From the NCBI GenBank assembly GCA_946965045.2, contig OX337234.1, positions 1,736,001-1,800,000 of the forward strand: 64,000 nt of DNA, given 5' to 3'. This document shows positions 46,786 through 61,335 of this stretch, one piece after another. The stretch comes from Epithemia pelagica. Its lineage: Eukaryota; Protista; Bacillariophyta. Below the pieces are notes generated by a model that saw only the letters and a list, made by a program, of their open reading frames with translations, was not told where the DNA came from and searched no databases. Numbering within the stretch: the stretch's first letter is position 1; each line of letters starts with the position of its first letter. The translations under genes and the position numbers were made by a program.

Positions 46786-49700
46786 TAAAGACTTTTCATT
46801 TGACAATCCAATTAGGAGTAGCACAAGAGATAAATGCCTTCCTCAAACTTGTTTTGCACGGTGTGACTCATCACGTCTCACCTTTCATATTGTCTACATT
46901 TACAATGGACGCAGGACGATGTCCGAAGACGAGAACGAATCGCACAATCGACTTTGCCTTCCTAATGGCTTTCACCTTGTCCAAGACACTGGAAACAAGA
47001 CCGCCCTCCAAGGAAGCCGCTTTACTATCTACGGTGAAGCTGGAGTGAACGTGCTCCTTCGAGACACCACTCACGGGGAGAAAGGAGAAAAGGGGACGCT
47101 TGTTGTGGATCGAGGCGTGATTCTTTTGCAGTGCTCCAGGTATGGTAACAACAGTGGAATGCTTTCGATCTGCGCGTTTAGCCATGACAAGATGGATTGG
47201 ATCGATCCACAAGAAAATACATTCCAAGAAGTTCCGCTCCACGAGTGGTTCCCTTGTCAAAGGAGAACTCACCCTTGAGACCTCTCACTCCTTGAATACC
47301 AAGATGGCATTAGGGCCCATGAACATTACCGTGAGGATGAGTCTTGTTGGAATGCATACCTTCATGTCACTCTTAGACAAAGCGACAGAGACGTGGCCCC
47401 AACAGGAGAGCGTTCAAACCTTGTCGTAGGATCCCATAGCATACACTGGAGTACTAAGATTTCAATGTTATATTTTTATCAGCCATGTTTTCCTAAGTTC
47501 CTAATCATAATTTCTTAATATGCAAAGACATGAAATAATGTAGTCTGCATGTTCGGAACAAATCAAATATGGTTTTCCTTTTGGCTCAAAGAGAGAATAT
47601 GCTCCTCAAGGCAAGTGTACTCATGATCTTCTCGAACACCAACAGACGGTTTACACAAAGGGATTCCAATGTGGGATTTTCCATGCCAAATCTTTATGAA
47701 ACTGCGGCATTCATTGCTCTAGTGTCGTTTCCGCAAACAACGCATTTGCGCTTCATGGGTCGCTGGTCTGACGAAGACTTTTCTTCCTGTTCAACAATTA
47801 CATCGGAAATATTTTCCAACGATCAAACTTTGAACTGGATATTGCACCCTGTGTAAACAATACCGAGAGAATCGCTGCTCTCGATGAATTCGATGCCATG
47901 CGCATAATCGAGGAAAGTAGAGAGGAGATACAAGTCGGTGGTGCTATACAAACCGAGTTCAAGGTTCTCGTGGATACAATCATTGGACAAGACAAGCCCC
48001 TCTGCGCAATATGTGTGATCATCGGTCGTCCAACGTCACCTGGTGGATGCAATCACAACCTTGGGAGTTTAGAGACCCGACCTGGTTATCTCAATCATCA
48101 AATCATTTGGGAACAGAGCTATTTCGAGAAGTGTCCACAATGCCAATATCACTTACTCCCACTTCAACATTGCCAGGTTTGTAAACAGTGTTTCCGGATT
48201 CCAAAGCTGCACAATCGATTCAAAATTCCGGACAGAGATGTTGATGTCTGTGATGTTTGCCCAAGATCCCCCAATGCTCTTTTTGTATGGCAGCTTTGTA
48301 TAATCATACCACACGTGTTGCTTGCCACAATGGGAGGGAGAAATAAAAAGTCCCTTCCAACGGAAATTTACTGTGACTTGGCAATGGTGGTAAGAGAGAT
48401 GTGGGTCCAAGACTTGCGAGAAAGATTTAATTTTGGTGATGACGATTTGGCACCATTTCACTTCAGATACTACGACAAGCAATGGACTGTGTGGCTCCTT
48501 TCTTCGCCATGATGCACCACCGGTGGCTTTTGTAATTACATGCCGCTCTTTGTGAAGTGCTACAGTCACTGTCTCCAAAGAATGGCGACAGCAGATGATC
48601 AAAATATCCAAGACAATCATCATTGAATCAACATTGAGTTCATCATTGAATTCACATGGAGTCATTCCTTGTATTGATTATGAAGTATCCCAAGACTCTA
48701 TGTCTCCAAAGAATGGCGACACTGGATGACCGAAATATCTCAAGAGTGTTCGTAGTTACATAGTAAATACTCCATAGTAAAGACCACCTCCGTTGTACTG
48801 CCGCTATTCCATGGTAATATCTTCTATTGCCTTTTCCACATCGTCCATTGGATTTATATCTTAAAGCCAGCAATGAACGCTAAGTGCTCCATCACGCAGA
48901 GCTCGTGGGCTTTGCCTTAGATTATCTAAATCCAATCGACAAAGTGTACAAGGCAATAGGATCCTATTACCCTGGGCCTTCAACGACATGCGTGGTGGCT
49001 GAAGCTTCTCATGGAGTTTTGGGCTTTCCCGTGGGTTGTGGTTGTAGTCAGTGTCTTTTTCAGTGACGGGGGTATGGACCCTTGATCCAAAGCCATGTTG
49101 GGAATAAGTAAACACCGTCGGGGGTATGGACCCTTGATTCAAAGCCGCTTCGAGTAGCAGTGAACCAAGAAGGGAAGCAAAACACAATTGCCCCTGTCAT
49201 GATACAAGAGAGTTCAGATGATCAATTGGCAATCAATCATCTAGACATAGTCTTGTATACAGAAAATGGAGTGACAGATGATGTCTTGGAATGCAGGCGA
49301 ATAACAGATCGGTAGGAATATCTTCACGTAATGACTGTCATGTTTTACCCTCACTGTTGTCCATTTTCCTGATTTGTCATGGTCAACACTATCACACCAA
49401 TTAAGGACACTTTCGTAGGAAATAGGCATGCTACCAGGGTAGGGTGGTTCTTCGCCGGTGTGTGTTTGAAGATTATTCGCAGGTGCAACCGGTATATGAT
49501 TCGTGTCGGAAGCAGCCATAGTTGACTCATTCTTTCCTCTGTTTCGGACTTCATCATTCGTTGAAGAGGGTTCACTAGGATTCGCGTGCGGCTGCTTTTT
49601 GTAACGGGGTCCTTAAAGTGACTGCCTGCCATTTTGTACTTGTAATGCTCTTTTGTTGTAGCGTCTTTGTTTCGACAACAAGAAAAAAGGATAGCAAAGG

Positions 49701-49949
49701 GTGTGCACTGTTTCCACAGTGACTTGTTGCTTGCTATGTCATTTGGCAGGTGTACCATTTACAAAATGAAGAATGGCTTTACTGCTTTCTGAGTCACCAA
49801 ATCATAATGTATGGTTGTCAAAAACACCCAAGTGGAGTTTTGCAGTCTTCAGGAATCCGTTCCTTGGCATCCATGTATACTATGCAACTCCAGTCATATT
49901 CTTGAGTAGTAGGGAAAGCAGATCTACATCTAGCTCCCCAGTGTGAAAT

Positions 49950-50430
49950 CTGTTAGCTCCATCGGGAAATGACATGAGATACCCATAGATACATTTACCT
50001 CCCTTCAAATGCCCAATCCTTGGAGCAGCTCTGAACCTTGATAGGGTCATGGTAGCAGGGAAGTCATCAAAATGGCCAATGGTAGTTAACCATTGCAATT
50101 GTCCAATAAGAGTCTGGAAATGATGTGTCCCTTCATCAAGTTTGGTTTGATCATTAGCAATAACTGGTGGCTTTGCTTTCTTGGGTTTCTCATCTTCTCA
50201 ATGTACCTTTGTGGGTCAGACACAAGCGTACCATCTGGATCCTTGGTGTAATGACATCCCAAATGATACTCGATAGGTCCAACTCCTTTAAGTTTGAAGT
50301 TGTACTTCTCTGTAAAGATCTTGCAGATAGCTCCAGGGTCCATAGTGACAATAGCTAGTAAGTAATCAACATGTACAGCGATGTATTCATAACAGTCTTC
50401 TCCGGGAGTGTTCTTCATCCAAATATCAGG
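49950..50430 (-). pseudogene. Copia RT fragment, same family as 11931-15875
   Basis: PGEDCYEYIAVHVD...KYNFKLKG.GPIEYHLGC.YTKDPDGTLVSDP nearly matches the 13099..15426 ORF. Confidence 0.9.
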
Positions 50431-51092
50431 ATCAGACTTACTTGGAAAAATCTCATATCAATACTAAGGAAATCAAACAGTTTGTCATGTGGCATGACAA
50501 CGCCCCTCGACCTTTCAAGGTCGAGGCACCACGGCCCATGATTGCATGAATCATTTCTAATTCTTTGGAAAATGCTCCATTGAAGGCATCCAAAATCCAG
50601 CACCTTGACGCAAGATTGAGCCTGTTGCAGTATGCTCCGATCATGGGTTTGTCCAAAATCTGTGCTGTTTCGTGGATTCACATTCGTGTTTTCTAGAATC
50701 AAAACAACCACGAGATCTTGTAGGGTCCCATACAATAGATGGGGGCAATGGACACGGGTGCCAGAGTAATAAAAGGAGTTTCCATTATGTTCAAGGTTGG
50801 AGGTGTATGTTCCATGAAATACAGAAGCAAGGGTGTCAACCAGAGATGCATGTCAATCATTCCCGAAATCACATTCAAAAGCAGGTATGTGATATGGAGC
50901 TCGAATAGACTTTCTTGAACAGGGGCATCCTTAGAAATTAGCAATGAACTGACGGATGGACAGTGATGAGCCAAGCAGACAATGATGAGAGAATGCCCAA
51001 CTGTGTCCATGTCTATCCATACTTTATAAGCACTAAAGAGGTCTCTCTATAGAGGTCTCTTAGAGTCTTTCCATGTCTCCTGCATTTCATCA

Positions 51093-51338
51093 ATGGCTTT
51101 CATCTCCACAAAGGCCCATCAGAAGTCCAACGATGGACGTGAAGCGTACCTCACTGCGCAACGGCAGGCAACTGGACAAGCTGCTAGTATCCTACGCAAG
51201 AAGCAAGCTTATGCCCAGATTTCAACTGCCAACACTTCAAATGATGAGCACGTGGGTGAAGCTGAAAGATACATTCGGACCGTGAAAGAAAGGATGCGTG
51301 CCATCTACAGCACTCTTCCTTTTTCCAAGGTTCCTTGA
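51093..51338 (+). pseudogene. Fused copia gag/integrase fragments
   Basis: KSNDGREAYL... (gag-like) joined to EHVGEAERYIRTVKERMRA...LPF (integrase E motif). Confidence 0.65.
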
Positions 51339-51467
51339 TTGTCCTCCTCCGGATGTGCAAGTGGTACGGAGGAGTTTGATGGTGTCCTTTGCTCTGATGT
51401 ACCCTGGCTTTGGTTGTGTTTTGGTGCACAGTTGTTGTGGGTCAAACCAACAAGACGAGACCGCACG

Positions 51468-51783
51468 GCGAGCTGAGAACGACGCAATTCTCGAGTATGG
51501 CAACCATGCCTCGGGAAAGAAAAAGTCCGAAGCATTAACCAAAGTCTTGCTGAAGGATGCCTCCAGAGGCTACTCCCTCCCCATCACCTTCGATTGTGCC
51601 AAGTCAATAAAACACAGTCGCATTAGCCCGATGGGAGTGGCTCACCAGTGGGGAATAGACGCTCACGGCGATCTCATTCCAAAAGACAGATTGACCCATG
51701 ACCAATCTTTCTCACCAGTGGGGAATAGACGCTCACGGCGATCTCATTCCAAAAGACAGATTGACCCATGACCAATCTTTCTC
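51468..51783 (+). pseudogene. DIRS/Ngaro RT N-terminal fragment ending in a 70-bp tandem duplication
   Basis: YGNHASG...DASRGYSLP...SPMGVAHQWGIDAHGDLIPKDRLTHDQSF; duplicated units at 51641 and 51711. Confidence 0.65.
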
Positions 51784-51786
51784 TCC

Positions 51787-52062
51787 GTGGCAACAGAGGC
51801 CGTATTTATAACAGCTGTGGTGGATGCCGTAGAAAAGTGTCATGTTGTGGTAGCAGATATACCAGGGGCCTTCATGCACTTGGACATGGACCCCAATGTG
51901 CACATGCGCATCGAGGGCCTCATGGCCGAGTTGCTATTGGAAGTGGATCCCGACATGCACACCAAATATCTTGTATCCGAGAACAAGAAGCCAGTAATAT
52001 ATGTCAAAATGCTGAAAGCAATATATGGCACATTGAGGGCGGCACGCTTGTTCTGGATTGTC
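51787..52062 (+). pseudogene. Copia RT fragment
   Basis: VVVADIPGAFMH...YVKMLKAIYGTLRAARLFW. Confidence 0.9.
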
Positions 52063-53173
52063 TTCGCCGTCACGAATGGTGGGAATATGGTCTTCCAACA
52101 CTAGACTTTTCTCCTCGGCCGGGGCATCACTCGGAGGGATGTTTACCTTAGTGCGTACATCGCTAAAGAGCTGAAGTACCCTGATGAAATGGTCGCGCTC
52201 ACCAGAGACCATGAAAACCCGACCATCCAGGAGCCTCAAGAACTGCCTGAAGAAGAAACCAGCAGAGTACGTTTAAGGGGTGGAATCGGCGTGGTTGGTG
52301 AAGGGCTTTGCTAGTGAGGGGGGACAAAGCGGAAGGGAGTGTGTGGATGGTGGAGCGTGGGTATGTGGCAATAAAAATGTGGGATCGCGGTTTGGTGGAT
52401 TGTAATGTCGGTGAGTCCAAAATAGACAAACCTGATTCGGCATTTATATTGTGATCCATCAAATCAGTTCCAAGATTCCAACAAGGACTTGCTTGAAACA
52501 TCTTTAGTATGCACCTCTCGACAACAACGAGGTGTACATACGCACCTCCATTTCATATGAACATCCCTATCTCTTCCTATACCTCATATCCGCCACAGTA
52601 AATACTTCCAAACGATAGTAGCCCGTGAAATTTTGAAAGTTTTACTCTAAGACACTATAGTTGAATTATGACTGGATCATCGTCAAATTTACTGTAGAAC
52701 AATTGTCATCTTGCCTCATTTTTCGACTGTCATCGGAGACCCTGACAAATGGCATAACATTGTATTGTTCCAGACCAAGTAGAAGTACCACCAGCTATTT
52801 GACATCACCATCAAATACTCAATTCATACAGTGTTGCACCTGTCCATAAAACGATAAACACAGATTCATAGATGAGGCTGCAGGCCTCCCATACCAACAT
52901 TACCGCCGGCCGGTCGGTGCTGGTCCCGTGCCCTCTCCAACACCTCGACATTGCCGAACCCCTGCTGAACCAGTTGTCCGCTGTCGGTCCGGATATGAAC
53001 TCTCGCCTTGGTAACACGTGCCACCACGCCCACTTGGTCTCGGTCACTCCACTCTTCGTCCGGATTGGGCAACACGTAGTTCAACGAGTATCAGTAGCTC
53101 TGAGTTCTCGTTTAATCTTCGTTCCAAAAACTTGTTCCAAGTCCTAAACAAAGGCTTGCCTTGGATTTTCTGA

Positions 53174-53690
53174 TCATCCTTGTTGTTGCAATAGACTTGT
53201 TTGTTGGGCAGAGGCAGTGCTTGACGCCACGCGATTGTTGTTTACAAGTTGTTGTTGGCATACTTGATATGCTGAAACGATGGTAAGAGTGCGTTGATTC
53301 TTGCATGACAGGATTTGGTAGCTCCATCTCCCCAAGTTGTCGTGTCCTTCATGAATGATTCTACCACTCGTGTGCCCTTGCGTTGCTATCAGTGTTCCAC
53401 CCGGTTTGAAATTGCTTCTTCTGTTCAATGATATGGAGGACATGCTCATTGTCATTTTGGAGTAGTCAAAGTGTTTTCTGATTGTTGTTTGTATGAGATC
53501 GCGTACTCGTGGCTTCAGAGTGTCAAGATTTAGCTCAAAGTTGCACCAAGTGTCGACTTCCAGTTGTCTCATCTCCGCACAGAATTCAGAGAAGTCAGCG
53601 CCATCTTTACCAATATTAAAACCATTTGTATTTGCTCCATATACTCTAAAAATGTGTTCTTCCTTATCTTCTCGAGGTTCCGTTCCAATG
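53174..53690 (-). pseudogene. LINE apurinic-like endonuclease (APE) fragment
   Basis: RVYGANTNG (motif I), ELN, KPGGT, DNLGRWSY, LTIVSAYQV. Confidence 0.8.
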
Positions 53691-53734
53691 TAGGGGTTCA
53701 CTTGGGATCTCTATATTTGAGCCCAAGCTTGTGC

Positions 53735-53870
53735 GGTGTGCATGATATAACAATGTTTCGCAAAGGGTTGAAGCAGAAGATTCCCCCTGGGAAGCTCATC
53801 ATTGCGGATCGGGGATACGCGTCTGACGTCCCAGACGAGCACGCAATGTTGGCCTTACCAAACGACAGGG
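53735..53870 (+). pseudogene. PIF/Harbinger DDE transposase fragment
   Basis: HDITMFRKGLKQKIPPGKLIIADRGY: the HD...ADxGY motif. Confidence 0.75.
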
Positions 53871-55686
53871 ATATCGGGCTCCACGTCTGCCTCCAGTGCA
53901 ATAAGCCAACAACCATTTACACCATGGAAGGGCATCTCCGCAAACATCAGGAAAATAAACATACTAGGACCCAAAACAATTTACAGATCGTGCTCAACAC
54001 ATATCGACACGCAGACGCAACCATATCCACCAACTGGAAACACAGATTTACATCCTGTCTCACGAAAACATCTGAGATGCAGGAGCAGAAGGAGAACCCG
54101 AAGAAACAAGTTCTGAAAGAGATGAAAGAGCATCAATCAGTTGTGTCAGACCCCAAGAAAGTTCATAAGCTTCTCATTAGAGCAATGTCTTCCTTAACCA
54201 TCCTCCTATTACGGCAAATAAACCCTTGCCTGTCGATTATGCGATGATACATCAACGTCAACAGAACAATGCCACTCTTGTGGCCAAGTTAACCAAAAAC
54301 CACAGAGATTCCATTTCCAACAATCCCCTACGGAAAACCCTCAATACAACTTGATTTGTATTGGTCAGAATCCTAACACTTGCAGAAATGCCATTGAGTA
54401 TGGTATCATAGTCAGTTGCATGTGCATCTATGGTTTTGCTCAATTCCTCACCCACGAAGAGTCCCATGCTGAATGGTTGCAGGCCTTGGGACAGGTCGTG
54501 CATCTGATGGGCTTCGACACTGAAGCGTGCGCTGAGCACCATCTCTTTTGTCTCTTTGGAGACAACAGGCACTTGATTGGTGGCTGCGACCGCGTTGCGT
54601 CCACGGACTTTGACGGTGTTCCGCAGAATGGTGAGGTGCTCACCCTTGTCGCTATTGACAAGTTGGTGGTAGACCAGGGGAAGGTCCGATTCGGTCGCAG
54701 CGGATGTGAAAGGGAGAATTGCAGGTGGTGTACCTGAGCTTGGACAATTGTTTAAATTGAAATACAAATTTCATCCAGTATTTTGATCAAAAACAATCTT
54801 GTTTCAACACTGCACTAGTGTTGGGGATGTAATAAAGAACGCAGAAGCTTACCAAGTTATAATTGAATGTTTGACTTTTAGTTGTGAAGCAATTTTGGAA
54901 TGTTGCTTATGTTGAAATCAAGCATTGCAGCATTCTTTTCCAACAATCTACAATGTACTAGAATGGTATATTTTCCTAAAAGCATACAGTGACACCATCC
55001 TGATGATTAGAGAAATACAAATCTCTGTCTGTCACGCTGAATGTTGCCTTCGTTCCTGACAATGCTTGTGAATGGACCATTGTGCACAACTATGGGCAAC
55101 GGGCATGGCTCATGGATATGCACATCCTCCAATGGCCCAAACAACAATTCACCAGGGTGCTTCATCTGGCAAATACCATGAAGCATAGTAATGGGACATT
55201 CTTTGACAACAAATCTCAATGAAATTCTTCCATCCACTTGGTCTTCTTCAACAGCATACACATACGACTTGTATGTCCTTGGTTTCTCTTCTTACTTCAC
55301 AACCAAATCAACCTTCTGCGTTAGAAGAATTTTTTCAATTGTTTGAAGGAGATGCAGAAGCTTGGATTCCTGCTTGATACCTTCTAATTCAAGTTGTGCA
55401 TCTTGTCCCACATCAGCAATGCACAAAACAACTTCAGACTTTCTAAAGAAGTGCGCATGGTGGTGGTTGAGTGGTTAGTCCTTCTTATCCAAATTATGAG
55501 CTCTATTGAGTTCTCCAATACTACCATCAGTATCTTCCAGGACCAAGCATTCATGCTTCTTCACTACGTCTTTCCTCCTAAGGAAAGTTGGTGTTGCCAG
55601 ATGCATCTATCGTTTGTGTGTTTTTTGCGAGTAGTGACTTGGAAGCTCCAAGTCCCTAGCAAAGTCATCTAACAAAAAAGAGAGAA

Positions 55687-55995
55687 GTCTCCAATTGTTC
55701 CTGTGCTTACTTTGCCTTTACACCCACCATGACTTTTAACAATAGAGGTCTCCAATTGTTCCTGTGCTTACTTTGCCTTTACACCCACCATGACTTTTAA
55801 CAATAGAGGTCTCCAATTGTTCCTGTGCTTACTTTGCCTTTACACCTACCATGACTTTTAACAATAGAGGTCTCCAATTGTTCCTGTGCTTACTTTGCCT
55901 TTACACCTACCATGACTTTTAACAATAGAGGTCTCCAATTGTTAGAGGTCTCCAATTGTGTCTCCAATTGTTCTTGTGCTTACTTTGCCTTTACA
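55687..55995. repeat. Minisatellite, 61-bp unit, ~4.5 copies
   Basis: gtctccaattgttcctgtgcttactttgcctttacacc(c/t)accatgacttttaacaatagag. Confidence 0.95.
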
Positions 55996-58093
55996 CAGCC
56001 TCCCATGTCATATGGGCAAGTGTCGGCCAAAAGGATGTTCGTTGGGACCCAGTTTGTCAGTAAATTGAAGCTGACTCCTTTGTCCGCAGCGCAAGAGGTC
56101 TGCCCAAGCGGGGACTGGGTCCAAAAACCATAGTTTGGGTCACTGTAGTTGCTGTTGTTTAAGCAAACTGAAACGGAATCCTTCTTGGACAATGCACCGT
56201 GATTGAAGATCTTGGTCTGCGTTGGAGATCTGAAGCCTCACCTGGTGGCTTCAGTCCCTCTTCTTTTGATCCATATGCACCGGATCCAGTATCCACAGTT
56301 TGGTTGTTGCTCTTCGAGTGCTTCCCCGGTCGCAGGATTTCTGTAGGCTCACAGGATGATTGAGAGCAACTTATGCAGGAGACGGTAGGCTTGACGACTG
56401 ATGCACAACTGTCTGAAAAACTGCCTCGAAAGAAATTGCAATTCCACTACGATGCAGGAGCAATGCGATTCGAAACAAAGGAAGATATTGAATTTCTTTG
56501 CCTTGCCTGGTACATGCTCTGGATGAAGTAACTCTGTCGAGACTCTGGTGTTTCACATGTTCCGAGGACAAATTTTGTGTTCCGAGAACAAATTTTGTGA
56601 CAGAGATCTTTTTCACACCTCAAGGACTGTGATATGACAAAATTAGAATGATCTACATTGTAGAAATGACAGCCTGATGACTGTCAATGCGGTTTTCGCT
56701 CAACTGATCACTCATTCGGAAGCTCAAAGGGTGGTGTTTCTGCGCCTTCTCCCAAAGCATGCAGCAGTTCTTCTTCCCTTTCATAAAAGTCCAGCATTCA
56801 GAGTTTTTCAATACAGCAGCTTGCAACGACCATGGGAAAGCAACAAACACGTTCTGCTACACAGCAACAACAAGCAACAAAGCCTCCTGCAAAGCTTCCT
56901 CGCAAGCAGCAAAATCAGAGGTACAAGATGGATGAGCGGAAGCCTCACATTCAAATCAAGCATCGCACAATTTACATGGAAACAAGCATCGGAGTTGTTG
57001 AACCATGAATCAGGGTCGAACGAAAGAAGATTGGCATATGGTGCACCACTAGTGTCACCATTGTCACCATTGTTCTTCTAATTACGATGAGGAGTCTTAT
57101 TGGTGTGGGTTGAGGTCCAACGGGGAGGATTGCACCGTTGGCACCAATTGAACTTCAACCATTCTTCTCGTGACAAGGCGAATCGCCGACTTGTATGTCC
57201 TTCATTGGTGGATGAAACAATGGATCCTTTAATTGTACAGGAACATTGTGATCAAGACCAATTGTCCTGATGTATGACATCGCCATTCGACCAAACGACT
57301 GAACCGGTATGCAAAGTGATTCAGGTAATGCTGTGCCAATCTCCAAGCTGAGGAGGGCCGTGGGGTCCTCGCGTTGATACTGAAGAGACGTCGCAGGAAG
57401 ACATCCACACACAAGGGACGATGGTCGCAGGACCAATGTCAATGGGGCGGAAGGCAAGAGCTCCAATTACTATGTGTGGGACGAGGAGTGGAATGTTGGG
57501 CATGGCGTGAAATATGAAGATATTGAATGGACACCGTGGGATTGCCAGGCTGATTCTCGTCTAATACGAAGAGGATCTGGTCATCATCATCGTACAGTTG
57601 TTGCAGGGCAATTACCAAATATTATGATTGAAGAATGCAACAAGAGTATGAAAGAAAAACTTTATTTGAATCCAGTACAGAAGAATGAAATATGAAAAAT
57701 GAGATCAAAAATCAGAGCAATACAAAGTTAATTGTGCACAACAGTTTACTGAGGAAGGTCTAAATAACTTTGAGATTATCGACGACAAAATACTAAATGA
57801 TGATAGAATTGGAGGTTCATGGAATTTTTGTGTAGATCTTATTGACTGAGCTTGGACCTTAAAGGATCAAGTCAGTCTGGTATTTGAGTCCCGGGTTTGA
57901 GAACTGTATACTCGGTAGTTGGCTGGGACCAAGCAAGTTAGTGGGCCAAGTAATGAGTTGTAAGATATTGACATCTAAAGCCAAGATAGTGCATCGCACT
58001 TCCGTTTGGCCTCTGTCGATAGTTCACTTGTCCAGTCTCCTAGCAATCGAAGCTATGTCTCCCCGAAGACAAAAATCCACGTGACCCAGATGG

Positions 58094-58361
58094 ACTGACC
58101 GAACCAATGTTTCAATCTCCCTTGGATTGCGTTTACTTTGCCCCTACTTTATCCAATGCTGGGATTCAGTGGAACACTATCTCCTCGACTGCTTTTGCAC
58201 CATGGGACTACTCACACAGCAGGCAATCACAGGAGGTGTTATTTTAGTAGGTATAGAGAAATCTCAAGATTTACACTACAGTGTGTTGTGTTAATCCACT
58301 AGTAACCCAACACTGACCGAACCAATGTTTCAATCTCCCTTGGATTGCGTTTACTTTGCCC
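58094..58361. repeat. 50-bp direct repeat pair (58094-58143, 58312-58361)
   Basis: actgaccgaaccaatgtttcaatctcccttggattgcgtttactttgccc occurs twice, ~170 bp apart. Confidence 0.9.
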
Positions 58362-60799
58362 CTCCGCCGAGACCCCACCGAAAACTCCAATGACGTCCAT
58401 TTCAATGCAGTATCAACGTCTCTCGACATTGTCCATGATCACATCAATACGGAGTGTGTCTTCGGCCGTGGTGGCTAAATGGTCACCAACTACTTGTGAT
58501 GCCAACTCTGCATCACCACGGGACAGGACACCAACAGACCCAGCACCAGACCCAGCACCTTCGGATGAATCATTCGAAACAACTACCAATTCCACTTCGT
58601 TGTTATTCTCGTCGCTGGAACCATTTCCATTTCTTGGACCGTTGTCTCTCTCAGGGATCTCAATAGCAGTCTTCTGTGTGGTACTACAACGCCAACAATC
58701 AACCCTGCTCCTTCTTACAACAAGAAGGCTTCCCTCAAGGATGCCCTCTGAGCCCCTTACTAGCTTGCCTAGTCCTTGGCTCCATCACCGACTCCCTCAA
58801 CACAGACCTGCATCAGGAGAAGGCTCAACCGGACTCACAGCACCAGCCATGTTGACAGCTTCTGAGGTTGGAGCAAGAGGACTGTTATCATCATCATCAA
58901 GGATTGTGACAACACGAACTGTTGGATCTTTCTTGGCAGCCGGTTTCTTGTCGCAAGCGTCGAGACTCGGAGGCAGATGGAAGTATCGTCTACTAGGATG
59001 GAGGTTGTGTGTGTGGTGGCTCCGAGGGTGTCGTCCATGGGTTGGTGGTGTTGGAGGCGTTGAGTTGCGCGGAGTTGAGGTCTTTGTTCAGGAAGTCGGT
59101 GACAATGGTGAGCACTAAACAGGCAAAAAGAGGTCTGCAAGGGTATCCCTGAGGGAACCCTTCTTCTTGAAGGAACGATTGTGGGAGTTTGTGTACATTG
59201 ACATATACAAAGAACATCGTCAGCTCTCTATAAAAAAGGGTGATGATACACAGGGTTCGAGTACTGGTGACGTTCATTGAAATTCCCAACCATGACAACA
59301 GACAAAGAAAAAAGCAAAGACATACACCACATTCCTTTGTTGGTGGAGAACATGCTGGAAAGCGACGTAGAGCGTCGTCTCCGCCAAAACAAAGTCCGGA
59401 AAAAAGCAACAAAGACAAGGAGAAAGGGTCACTTGCTACAGTGGATTTAGCGACGAGTGTGAAAGCACCTCCGTAGGTAGTGGTGCTACCGGATGATTCA
59501 ACTGGTCGAACGTCAAAAGGAAATTCTTCTATCGAAGACAAGCATACTAGCGATGTGATAGTTTGTCTTGGTGAAAGTGAGTCAGGAACAAGTAATCGCA
59601 AGAAATTGTGTCCACGATGGGCAATGTTGCGTGATGGGACTCCTTTGTCGATGGAGTTGTGGACTCTCTATCCAGAAAGCAATATCGGAGAGAAACTTTC
59701 GGAGGCAAGCAGTTTGTCTGAATATTTGTTTTCAAGAGCAGATTCGCTCACATGGCATTGTCATCATTATAATTGTCACGACATCAGTTTGTATGCAAGA
59801 ACAAATGTTGTTGGACAGTCGGCCGTTGAACAAGTTCGGTTGTGTTGGCCTCAAGTTGAGAAAGAAGGGAAAGGATTGCACCAGTGGTTCGTGTACAACT
59901 CATGTTACTACCCTGGTCAGTTTGTTCCTGAGAGTCATCTGATGGAGCTCCTTGTCCTCCTCTCTTTCCTGAAATATCACCTGGCTCTTTTCATGTATGG
60001 ATTCTGAATCTTCTTGGATAGTACCGTCACCATTGTTATTCTTCCTCTTGTTTACATCTCTGATCGATCGTTCATCATCTGTTTCATCATCAGTACTGCT
60101 TTCTCCTGTATCTTTGCTGAATATTAGAAATACACCTAGTTAGTGTATAGTTTGCATTAGATTTATGGAGCCACCAGCTAGATGTAACTTTAGCACCACA
60201 GAACGTCATGTCAGAGAGAAGGTTGGGCTGCCACGTCACTACACGGCACTCGCTCACACGGCACTTCCTCTCCAGAGCTATTACAAATCAATCTGATTGT
60301 TTACAATGCAAGACAATATTGTTCTCAACTTAAACATACATTCGGCTATTCATCGTCAGCACGCACCATCCTACTTCGCTTCACCTTGATAAACAGCATT
60401 CGCTTCACCTTGATAAACAGCATCGCCCCAGGTCGTCTAAATTAGATGGCGCAGGATTTGGGTTGTTTGCCTAACAAGAATATGAGGCAGGACAGGTCAT
60501 TGGCGTCTACTGCGGTGAGGACATCACATCGATGTTCACCGTTCTGTCCCTCCAAACAGTCTTCACACACTGAGCGCACTGGATGGTTTGATAAGGAGAT
60601 GTCCCTCCAAACAGTCTTCACACGTTGACTGCACTGGGTGGTTTGATAAGGAGATGTTGTCAGGCCCATGGCACAAGGAGTCCAAGCCTCCCATATCGGA
60701 GTCCTCCCAAACCTATCTTGGAGCTACACTGGAAAAAAGGTCAGTAATATCAATTCCAGTGTAGCGTCCTCTGAGTTCTGGGTGAACCCAAAAGTTCAA

Positions 60800-61041
60800 G
60801 AACATCTCACCGAAATCATTGTCCTTCCCTCCATCGAGTGCAGCATCGCATTAACATTGCCCAAACCAAACCACGGAGCAAACAAAGAGTCATTTAAACC
60901 ATTATTTGTCCCGTCGTATACCATCCTTATATTGTCTTCCCCTTTCGGTACAGAGAAGAAGCTGGTAATGTACCCCATCTGTCTCACTTTTGTTAATTTC
61001 TTCTTTTCCAGAGCCCTGCTTTCGACATCCGGGTTGGCCAT
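60800..61041 (-). pseudogene. DIRS/Ngaro RT fragment
   Basis: KVRQMGYITSFFSVPKGEDNIRMVYDGTNNGLNDSLFAPWF. Confidence 0.8.
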
Positions 61042-61139
61042 TTGTCTTTGATGATATGAAGGCCGTGGTCCTATTCACATAGGAGCCACGCCATCTCTCA
61101 TCTCTGCTTGCCATTCAAGAATGGGCATTCCCCGACATT

Positions 61140-61335
61140 GCTGCCCTAAAAGGCAAACCACCAAGAACAAGTCCCCCCATGCACCCTCCACGATCGTCAC
61201 ACCAGTACCAGTCACAGTGAAACAAGCACACCAGCAACTTACCCTTCTTTGCGCCAACGTCCTGTATGTTCAAGGCATTCCGTTTTTCCACACCATCTCA
61301 AGGCACACCCGGTTTCGGACTGTCACAGCCATGAA
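61140..61335 (+). pseudogene. Copia pre-integrase/integrase fragment
   Basis: LKGKTTKNKSPH...LCANVLYVQGIPFFHTISRHTRFRTV. Confidence 0.6.

Noticed and set aside
54258-54767. Possible DIRS ORF1-like protein
   Set aside because: The resemblance is only a general impression with no diagnostic motif, so it is not called as a feature.
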